From the IMG/VR virus record IMGVR_UViG_3300044971_003869: 22,166 nt of DNA; one strand, written 5' to 3'. Made by a program: the position numbers and the translations under genes. The notes beneath the pieces were generated by a model. It ran no database searches. It was given only the letters and a program-made list of their open reading frames with translations, and was not told the origin of the DNA. Positions 1 through 6,417 of the stretch are shown one piece after another. The first letter of the stretch is position 1. Every line of letters begins with the position of its first letter. This DNA is from a virus.

Positions 1-23
1 TAATATAAATATTTGGAAACAAT

Positions 24-398
24 ATGGTTGACCACGACGCTATGAGAAAAGCTTATTTAAGGGCTATTGACGAAGATATCGAAGAATCTTCTGATAAAGA
101 AGTTTTTAAAAAACCCTATAGGGGTAAATTTGGGAAAAAATTTTTTAGCCCCTTTTCTATTTCTACTTTTTCTTTATTTTTCAAAAAACTTTTTAGAAAA
201 GATAGACTGACTGTAGTATTAAAGTCTGATACTACCTCAAAAAAAATAGAGGTCATTAAGTTTACTCCACAAGAAACTGATACTATAACGAGTGCAGCAT
301 CTACTATGGGTGTTACATTGGAACAATTTTTTAAACATCTTTTTGAGGAGATAGTCAAAGATGCAGAAAGAAAAACTAACTTGCGAGAACTGTCATAA
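24..398 (+). CDS. hypothetical protein (124 aa) with a Phe/Lys-rich central segment
   Basis: ORF from the six-frame track. I recognise no motif. Its 3' end overlaps the next ORF by 38 nt. Confidence 0.45.
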   Translation: MVDHDAMRKAYLRAIDEDIEESSDKEVFKKPYRGKFGKKFFSPFSISTFSLFFKKLFRKDRLTVVLKSDTTSKKIEVIKFTPQETDTITSAASTMGVTLEQFFKHLFEEIVKDAERKTNLRELS

Positions 399-669
399 AG
401 ACTGGCAGAGAATTCCTTCTAGAGGAAGAAAGCCAAAGCTATGTCCTTCTTGCATCTCTGGTCCAGTCCAGGTTAAGGACTCTCCAAAACCAGTTGCACA
501 AAAAGTATTAGATCATGACTCAATGCCATTTCCTGGCCCAAGCAAATGGGCTTGTCGTTCTTGTGGAGCCTCAATAAGCATAGGTATAGATATAAAGCAC
601 CCGCCAACTCACCAGTGCCAAAAACGCCTTAAAAGAATTTATGCGCTTGAGTTAATACGGGAAGCTTAA
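361..669 (+). CDS. small Cys-rich protein, putative zinc ribbon(s)
   Basis: GAGGAG lies about 9 nt upstream of the ATG at 361. Cys pairs are CENC...CPSC, then CRSC followed by H/C (HQC). Confidence 0.55.
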   Translation: MQKEKLTCENCHKDWQRIPSRGRKPKLCPSCISGPVQVKDSPKPVAQKVLDHDSMPFPGPSKWACRSCGASISIGIDIKHPPTHQCQKRLKRIYALELIREA

Positions 670-706
670 TTAAAAAATATTCCTACAAAAAATAATATGT
701 TAACTC

Positions 707-726
707 TTTCACACTTGTTTGTGAAA
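707..726. promoter_or_regulatory. perfect 7-bp inverted repeat TTTCACA-N6-TGTGAAA (operator or weak hairpin)
   Basis: Read directly: tttcaca 707-713, cttgtt 714-719, tgtgaaa 720-726. It sits about 20 nt upstream of a TATAAT box. Confidence 0.3.
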
Positions 727-744
727 TGATTTTCTAATTAATCT

Positions 745-755
745 GTTATTATAAT
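745..755 (+). promoter_or_regulatory. candidate -10 region GTTATTATAAT, a one-mismatch relative of the RTTACTAT motif
   Basis: A perfect TATAAT lies at 750-755, 28 nt before the ATG at 784, with AAGGAG at 773-778. I found no convincing -35. Confidence 0.35.
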
Positions 756-783
756 GCTTGAGTACAAACCCCAAGGAGACACC

Positions 784-921
784 ATGCATTACGGTATCGA
801 TGAGATCATGATTAAATATATTAATAATACAGATTCTTTTAAGAAGAAAAGAGCTCGCAACAAAGAGTCTCATGTTATTTTTTTAACTCGCAAAGAACGC
901 AAAGCTAAACAAAAGATCTAA
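784..921 (+). CDS. small basic protein (45 aa), hypothetical
   Basis: Hand-translated as MHYGIDEIMIKYINNTDSFKKKRARNKESHVIFLTRKERKAKQKI. A strong AAGGAG lies 5 nt upstream. It is absent from the ORF track, presumably because it falls below the track's length cutoff. Confidence 0.45.
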   Translation: MHYGIDEIMIKYINNTDSFKKKRARNKESHVIFLTRKERKAKQKI

Positions 922-944
922 TTTTTTTAAACTAGAACCTCAGA

Positions 945-1886
945 TTACAAAATGCCTCTCATAACCTTAATTGCATTCTCCGTAGACTGTATTACATTAC
1001 TTAGGGTTCCTGGAGACATTACTCCAGTTCCACCAGCTCTTACAATAGGTTTTACGGCCCTCTGAGCTTTTGCTACACCGTGTTTCTCAATTGATTCTTC
1101 TATATTCTTACTTACTTGTCCCATTATTTTAATATCTTCTTGACTAAAACTTTTTTTTGCGTATTGCCTTGGCCTATAACCCCTTTCTTCTCCTATATCA
1201 ACACCAATAGTTCCTAGCATTCTTCCTTTAAGATTTTTAATAATTCCTTTGTTTCCTTCGTTCACAGAAATGCTCTCAAATCCACGAACATCTTCTTCTA
1301 TTCCAATAGAAGGAAAAAACAACTCTGGAATTATTCCTTCAACTGATTTTTGAGAAGTCGTAATTGCCGAAGGAAGTGTTAATTTAGATAAACCAAATCT
1401 ATCAGCTTGTTCTGCCATGCCCAAAAGGTCATCGTACACTTTTAAGTTTAGATCTGTAATTTCTCCTATTTCAAGTCCAGATTTTAAATTAGCAATCGTT
1501 TCTCCTTTTCTAAAGTCTATATTTGGATCGATTTTCATGTCTGCGATCATATTTGAGTTTACTTTAATTCTATATAAATCCATTTCGTTGGATCTAAATT
1601 CACTTCCAAAAGTTGAACCCCACAAATCATGACTAGCCTGAGTGTGATATGGGTGGGAGTAAAAAAAGGCTCTGTCTTTTAATTCTTGTTGAACTCCATA
1701 TTGAAAGTTTATTTTTTTTTCTGCGTTAAAACCATACTTTAAAAGACTTTCTCTCGCTTCACGAGGAGCATAATGATACAAATACCCGCTACTCTCTGCA
1801 TATAGTTTGGCAAATTCTAAAGAAGACATATTTTCATTTAGAATTTTTAATCCTTGTGGTCCTGTTAAGCTAAAATGCTGCTGCAT
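945..1886 (-). CDS. hypothetical protein (313 aa); N-terminal region weakly resembles an ADP-ribosyltransferase/Tpt1-like fold
   Basis: AGGAGG lies 4-5 nt upstream of the ATG and an RTTACTAT motif lies 24 nt upstream. The YLYHYAP..SLLKYGF / FFYSHP / DLYRIKV layout is only suggestive. Confidence 0.7.
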   Translation of the reverse strand: MQQHFSLTGPQGLKILNENMSSLEFAKLYAESSGYLYHYAPREARESLLKYGFNAEKKINFQYGVQQELKDRAFFYSHPYHTQASHDLWGSTFGSEFRSNEMDLYRIKVNSNMIADMKIDPNIDFRKGETIANLKSGLEIGEITDLNLKVYDDLLGMAEQADRFGLSKLTLPSAITTSQKSVEGIIPELFFPSIGIEEDVRGFESISVNEGNKGIIKNLKGRMLGTIGVDIGEERGYRPRQYAKKSFSQEDIKIMGQVSKNIEESIEKHGVAKAQRAVKPIVRAGGTGVMSPGTLSNVIQSTENAIKVMRGIL

Positions 1887-1910
1887 AAAACCTCCTATAA
1901 TTATTTTAAT

Positions 1911-1918
1911 ATAGTAAC
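1911..1918 (-). promoter_or_regulatory. RTTACTAT motif (GTTACTAT on the minus strand), candidate promoter
   Basis: Plus strand reads atagtaac. It lies 24 nt upstream of the minus-strand ATG at 1886. One of 7 same-orientation copies. Confidence 0.45.
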
Positions 1919-1968
1919 TGGGATTATCTAGACCTCAAATCACACATTTTTCTGCTATACTAACTGAC

Positions 1969-2181
1969 ATGAATTACACAGATATTTACAGAAGAATCTA
2001 TGAATCTGTTAAAACAGAAATAATAGACCACACAGACGCACATTATGCGTCTTTAAGAATTGCAGATGCAATTTCCTATTTAAGTTTGAGCTGCGAAAAA
2101 AAGGCAAGCACCTTAGAAGTTATCAAAGATATAGTGTTAAGCTTAAGAAGCGATGCTATAATAGAGCAAGATCAGCAATAG
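1969..2181 (+). CDS. hypothetical protein (70 aa)
   Basis: ORF from the track. No clear SD; a TATACT box lies immediately upstream. No motif recognised. Confidence 0.4.
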   Translation: MNYTDIYRRIYESVKTEIIDHTDAHYASLRIADAISYLSLSCEKKASTLEVIKDIVLSLRSDAIIEQDQQ

Positions 2182-2193
2182 CGATCACATCGT

Positions 2194-2267
<74 letters not shown>

Positions 2268-2288
2268 ATTTAAACAAGAAAGAATGAA

Positions 2289-3299
2289 ATGAATAAAAGA
2301 GTATTTTTAACAGGAGCTGGTGGCTTTGTTGGTCACCATACTTTGGAGCACATCTTAAAGACAACGGATTGGGATGTCGTAATTAGCGACTCTTTCCGCC
2401 ATCGTGGCGTTACAGACAGAGTTACCTCTATAGCTTGCTGGGAATCCGAAAGACATCGTGTTCAGCTCATTACTCATGATCTAACTGTTCCTTTCTCTGA
2501 CGTAATGATTAAGGACATGGGTCATATTGACTATATTATTTCAATGGCATCTGACTCACATGTTGACAGATCAATTACAGACCCAGCACCTTTTATTTTA
2601 AATAATGTTGCGCTTGTTGTTAATATGTTGGAGCTTGCCCGCAAGATTCAACCAGAAGTATTCTTGCATGTGTCAACCGACGAGGTTTATGGCCCAGCAC
2701 CAGCCGGGTATGCCCACGTAGAGTGGGACACAATCCTTCCATCTAATCCATACTCTGGCTCAAAGGCTGCACAGGAAGCTGCCTGTATCTCTTACTGGCG
2801 TACATTTGGAGTGCCAGTAATTATTACAAATACTATGAACATTATTGGTGAGCGTCAGGATCCTGAAAAGTTTGTTCCAAAGATTATGTATTGTTTAGAG
2901 AAGAATATTCCTATGACAATTCACGGAACTCCAGAAAACATTGGGTCTCGTTTCTATCTCCACGCAAGAAATCAAGCTGACGCATTGGTTTTTATTTTAA
3001 AAAATTTACCAGCGGTTTCTTATCCAAATTCAGACAGACCAGACAAGTACCACATTGTTGGCGAACGTGAAGTCAACAACTTAGAAATGGCTCAAATGGT
3101 AGCAGAGTTTTGGGGTAAAGAACTTAAGTTTGAGTTTGAAGACTTCCATACTACAAGACCGGGACATGATCTAAGATATGCTCTTGATGGTACTAAGCTA
3201 GCAAAAGCAGGATGGAAGGCTCCCATGCCTTTAGAGAAGTCTCTACAGACAACTGTAGAATGGACTAAGAAGCATCCAGAATGGCTGTGGAGAGACTAA
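2289..3299 (+). CDS. rmlB: dTDP-glucose 4,6-dehydratase family (RmlB-like SDR)
   Basis: Contains GAGGFVGHH (Rossmann), SDSHVDRSITDP, STDEVYG, YSGSKAAQE (YxxxK), PEKFVPK and RPGHDLRYALD. All are colinear with E. coli RmlB blocks as I remember them. Confidence 0.88.
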   Translation: MNKRVFLTGAGGFVGHHTLEHILKTTDWDVVISDSFRHRGVTDRVTSIACWESERHRVQLITHDLTVPFSDVMIKDMGHIDYIISMASDSHVDRSITDPAPFILNNVALVVNMLELARKIQPEVFLHVSTDEVYGPAPAGYAHVEWDTILPSNPYSGSKAAQEAACISYWRTFGVPVIITNTMNIIGERQDPEKFVPKIMYCLEKNIPMTIHGTPENIGSRFYLHARNQADALVFILKNLPAVSYPNSDRPDKYHIVGEREVNNLEMAQMVAEFWGKELKFEFEDFHTTRPGHDLRYALDGTKLAKAGWKAPMPLEKSLQTTVEWTKKHPEWLWRD

Positions 3300-4735
3300 A
3301 GTCTAGCCCTTAAGATAGATAAAAGGGCACCAGCTTCACGCAAAGCTCCAGACCCTCTCTTGCCCATGGTAACAGCTTTAGATGCTTGACGAGCAGCTTG
3401 TACGCCTCTGCTAGATCTATTGATAACAATATTAGGTGATCTTGGAGCTATATTTTCTACTGACTCCACAACGTCGCTAGCTATAGTGCCAATAGCTTTT
3501 GGTTTTGCAGCCAAAGGTTGCCCATGTATGGGTGAATCTACAACCATTTTTAATTGCTGTGCTTGGCGGAAATTTCCTTCATTATCTAATAGATCATATC
3601 TTGCTGTGCCATAATCAAAATCTTGCTCTGCTAATGATTCCATATCTTGTAATAAACCTAATCTTTTTGCATCAAAAGCTTCTATATCTTTTGTGTTTTC
3701 AATTACCGTTCCAACCGTTGCCACATGACCATAGTGTCTTTGATCATTCAGCGTTGTTTTAAGTATTTTTCTTTCTTTTCTTTTTAGTGGAGCACCTGAT
3801 CTTCTTGCTTCTGTAACTAAACTATCGTAATATGAATCTGTATACATTGGACCAAAAATTTCCGGACCATGATCTGCGTATGCAACACGGCCAAGATTAA
3901 TTGGGTTAGAGTCAGTTATTTTTGAGTTAGCATGTAACGCATGCATTCTTATCCTTCCGGATTCAGCAATGCCTTCTTCAATTCCGGTTTGAGTCATTAC
4001 TCGACGATAACTGTCAGCTACCCCTTCTACCCAATTTTTTTTATAACGTGGATCCTTTCTTTGGGTAACCCATCCATATAGGTTTGATATTGGTTCATTT
4101 TGTGCTGCAGCTCTTCTTCCGCTTATATCGCTAAATCCATGAGTTAATTCATGGTAAGCTAAATTAACAGGATGTTCAAAAACTCCTGCAGAAAATTCTT
4201 CGGCACCATAAAATGTTGCACGCGTTATATCTTCTAGTTTTTGGGGAATTTTTATGCCTTCAGCATCTAGTATTCTTCCTAATTTTTCGTGACTAAAATT
4301 TGAATTTGGACCACCAACTGTGGCTTGAAATCCTCCTCCTGCAAATTTTTCTTCTTGTATCTGAGCTGTTTTTAAAGGGTGAAGAATTCTTTGTTTTAAA
4401 CTTATCTTTGGATTTACAATTTCTTCATATCTTTTTTGGTCTATTATTACGCCCACATGTCTGGATGAAAGTTCTGATCCAACCCCAAGAAATGGAGCTC
4501 CAGCACCTTTTGAAGTTCCCATATGAAAAGCAATGTTGGTATCAGCAAAATTAGACTCTCTTAAAAGAGCTTCAGTTTGATTGACTAGATTTGCATCAAC
4601 TATGTCTGTAGCTGATTTTCCAATATGAAATTTATAAGGTTCAGGTATTGGATCAAATTGAAGAATATTTGAATTTAAAGTACTAGATTGGTTTGGTATT
4701 ATATCTGAAATAAAATTGTGAATATTTTGAGCCAT
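3296..4735 (-). CDS. putative zinc metallopeptidase-like protein (HExxH), 479 aa
   Basis: YHELTHGF lies mid-protein, with Glu-rich GIEEGIAE about 50 aa downstream (gluzincin-like spacing). An RTTACTAT motif lies 30 nt upstream and AAGG serves as SD. I recognise no closer family. Confidence 0.7.
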   Translation of the reverse strand: MAQNIHNFISDIIPNQSSTLNSNILQFDPIPEPYKFHIGKSATDIVDANLVNQTEALLRESNFADTNIAFHMGTSKGAGAPFLGVGSELSSRHVGVIIDQKRYEEIVNPKISLKQRILHPLKTAQIQEEKFAGGGFQATVGGPNSNFSHEKLGRILDAEGIKIPQKLEDITRATFYGAEEFSAGVFEHPVNLAYHELTHGFSDISGRRAAAQNEPISNLYGWVTQRKDPRYKKNWVEGVADSYRRVMTQTGIEEGIAESGRIRMHALHANSKITDSNPINLGRVAYADHGPEIFGPMYTDSYYDSLVTEARRSGAPLKRKERKILKTTLNDQRHYGHVATVGTVIENTKDIEAFDAKRLGLLQDMESLAEQDFDYGTARYDLLDNEGNFRQAQQLKMVVDSPIHGQPLAAKPKAIGTIASDVVESVENIAPRSPNIVINRSSRGVQAARQASKAVTMGKRGSGALREAGALLSILRARL

Positions 4736-4750
4736 AAAAGAACCTTATTG

Positions 4751-4773
4751 ATTACTATATTTTAAATAGTAAC
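4751..4773. promoter_or_regulatory. divergent pair of RTTACTAT motifs forming an inverted repeat (TTACTAT-N7-ATAGTAA)
   Basis: ATTACTAT at 4751-4758 faces the + gene starting at 4793. GTTACTAT (plus strand atagtaac, 4766-4773) faces the - gene starting at 4735. Confidence 0.45.
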
Positions 4774-4792
4774 CATGTTTTGGAGGTATGTT

Positions 4793-5011
4793 ATGGCTGG
4801 AAAAAAGCCCGCAAAAAAAAATGTCTCAACCCCTGTTAAAGAAGCAGTAAAACAGCTTCCTGGAAAGGCTGTTCTTTATATAGGTTCAAGTTTAAAATTA
4901 TTTAAATGCCCTACCTGTAGTAGACAACTAAAAAAGGGAATTGTATGGGAAGAAGGTTCTACTGCGTACTGCACAAGAACATGTATACCAAAAGTAGAAG
5001 TTGCACAATAG
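4793..5011 (+). CDS. small basic zinc-ribbon protein (72 aa)
   Basis: I prefer the ATG at 4793 (GGAGG at 4782-4786, 6-nt spacer) over the track start at 4775. Cys motif is CPTC-x17-CTRTC. Confidence 0.55.
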   Translation: MAGKKPAKKNVSTPVKEAVKQLPGKAVLYIGSSLKLFKCPTCSRQLKKGIVWEEGSTAYCTRTCIPKVEVAQ

Positions 5012-5073
5012 TGGAAGCTATGGTAATATGGTGGGTAAGCGTTTTTATAGCGTTTGCACTTCGGATATATTAA
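5011..5073 (+). CDS. possible 17-20 aa hydrophobic mini-protein
   Basis: Hand-translated as (V)EAMVIWWVSVFIAFALRIY. The GTG overlaps the upstream TAG (taGTG) and there is an internal ATG at 5020. Very short, so speculative. Confidence 0.2.
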   Translation: MEAMVIWWVSVFIAFALRIY

Positions 5074-5085
5074 AGGATCAGAAAA

Positions 5086-5403
5086 ATGACAGAATATTGG
5101 TTAGCTGAATTTTTAGAGGAAATGGACAGAAAACTTCCTCCAGCAGAACAAGAATATGTAAACGCTATGTTATCAATCGTAGCAAAATATGGAAAGCTAT
5201 CCAATGGTGACAGTAATGGCATCTGGGTTGGCTATGTTCCAGGAGTAGAGAACGATAATCTTTCTATTGGCGTTAAGTGCGGTAACTGTGCTTTCTATGA
5301 GGGTAATGGAGTTTGCAAGATTGCAGCTGGCCAAGTAGAAGATAATGGATATTGTCGTTTAGCTGCCATTCCAGATGGTGTAGTAAAAGGGTACAGAAAA
5401 TAA
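5086..5403 (+). CDS. HiPIP-like [4Fe-4S]-type Cys-motif protein, paralog 1
   Basis: AAAGGA serves as SD. The C-terminus KCGNCAFYEGNGVCKIAAGQVEDNGYCRLAAIP has C-x2-C-x8-C-x12-C plus G[YW]C, resembling high-potential iron-sulfur proteins. Confidence 0.65.
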   Translation: MTEYWLAEFLEEMDRKLPPAEQEYVNAMLSIVAKYGKLSNGDSNGIWVGYVPGVENDNLSIGVKCGNCAFYEGNGVCKIAAGQVEDNGYCRLAAIPDGVVKGYRK

Positions 5404-5780
5404 TGACAAACTATTGGTTGTCTGAATATGACTCTCCAGATGATGAGGAGATGCCAGAAGACGAAGAGATGCCTGAAGAGCCAGAGGACGAAGAAGATCC
5501 TGACGATCCAGAAGAAAAATTAAATGACCGTCAAAAAATGATGTATGAACAATACGAACAGTGTGTAGAAATGCATGGTAAGTTTGACCAAACATCAAAA
5601 GGTAATGGTGCACACTACGCACCAGCAGCTAAGAATCCTTTCATTAAAGAAGGACTTATCTGTTCTAATTGCGTATTTTTTATGGGTGGTCAAGGCTGCG
5701 AAATAGTAGCTGGCAAGGTAGAAGCCAATGCTGTCTGTAAATTGTGGATTATTCCAGAAGAACTATTGACTAAGAAATAG
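5403..5780 (+). CDS. HiPIP-like Cys-motif protein, paralog 2, with an acidic N-terminal insert
   Basis: I moved the start to the ATG at 5403, which overlaps the upstream stop (TAATG). The N-terminus MTNYWLSEY parallels MTEYWLAEF of paralog 1. The C-terminus is CSNCVFFMGGQGCEIVAGKVEANAVCKLWIIP. A DE/P-rich stretch lies between them. Confidence 0.65.
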   Translation: MTNYWLSEYDSPDDEEMPEDEEMPEEPEDEEDPDDPEEKLNDRQKMMYEQYEQCVEMHGKFDQTSKGNGAHYAPAAKNPFIKEGLICSNCVFFMGGQGCEIVAGKVEANAVCKLWIIPEELLTKK

Positions 5781-5795
5781 TGTATAATATAGCTT

Positions 5796-6416
5796 ATGAA
5801 GCTATCAAACAATCCTTACAGATCATCTAAGATTACTCTTCCATACATTTGTATATATGATTATTTTACAAATGAAGAGTTAGATCACATTGAATTCTTG
5901 TCAAAAACCAAAGCCCTAAACAAAGCTACTACAGTTGCTCAAGAAAGTGGCTTGGTTGTATATGATAATCCAATTAGAATTTCTAGCAATTGTTTTCATG
6001 GATATACTGAAGAAAATGCCTGGTTCTTTGAGAAGCTTAATACAGCCATTGAGTCAGTAAATAATTCTGTTTATGGCTTTGAGCTTTACGGCTACAAAGA
6101 CTACCAGTACACTGAATATAGCGGAGAAGAAAAAGGTAAATATGGAATACATATGGACCTTATCATGACCGATGCCAAGCCTGCTGATTTACTTGACACA
6201 AGAAAACTTTCTTTGTCCCTTTTGTTATCTGATCAAGGAAAAGATTTTACTGGTGGAGATTTTCTTATTTATGAAGGCGGATCGCCAACAAGAATAGAAG
6301 CACCAAAAGGTACAATGATATTCTTCCCATCCTTTATGCTTCATGAGGTAACACCAGTTACAGAAGGCTTAAGAAAGTCTATTGTAGTGTGGGTTGAAGG
6401 ACCTAAGTTTAAATAA
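5796..6416 (+). CDS. 2OG-Fe(II) oxygenase, prolyl-4-hydroxylase-like (P4Hc type)
   Basis: Contains HMD (HxD), RKLSLSLLLSD..FTGGDFLIY, KGTMIFFPS..LHEVTPV (distal His) and GLRKS (2OG-binding Arg/Lys-x-Ser). Confidence 0.8.
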   Translation: MKLSNNPYRSSKITLPYICIYDYFTNEELDHIEFLSKTKALNKATTVAQESGLVVYDNPIRISSNCFHGYTEENAWFFEKLNTAIESVNNSVYGFELYGYKDYQYTEYSGEEKGKYGIHMDLIMTDAKPADLLDTRKLSLSLLLSDQGKDFTGGDFLIYEGGSPTRIEAPKGTMIFFPSFMLHEVTPVTEGLRKSIVVWVEGPKFK

Positions 6417-6417
6417 A

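Noticed and set aside
4-11. TATAAATA, identical to the T4 late-promoter core, 12 nt upstream of the first ORF
   Set aside because: It is a single occurrence in AT-rich sequence at the window edge. I saw no other copies in front of genes, while a different motif (RTTACTAT) recurs.
1417-1632. Short ORFs nested antisense or off-frame within larger genes (1417..1632, 3420..3762, 4300..4554, 5359..5622, 10859..11107, 11891..12178, 12599..12787, 14774..14986, 15383..15571, 16019..16270, 16534..16968, 18206..18397, 18684..18905, 19910..20350, 20997..21239, 21325..21606, 116..358)
   Set aside because: All are fully embedded in longer ORFs that carry recognisable domains or good SD sites. Their products are low-complexity or Leu/Phe/Ser-rich, as expected from antisense AT-rich coding DNA.
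5352-5402. Track start at 5352 for the second HiPIP-like ORF (N-terminal MSFSCHSRWCSKRVQKI)
   Set aside because: This start lies inside the preceding gene. The ATG at 5403 gives a TAATG coupling junction and an N-terminus (MTNYWLSEY) homologous to paralog 1 (MTEYWLAEF).
5086-5780. WhiB-like transcription factor interpretation of the four-Cys proteins
   Set aside because: WhiB has C-x(20-30)-C-x2-C-x5-C plus a C-terminal G[VI]WGG turn and a basic tail. Here the spacing is C-x2-C-x8-C-x12-C with G[YW]C, which fits HiPIP better.
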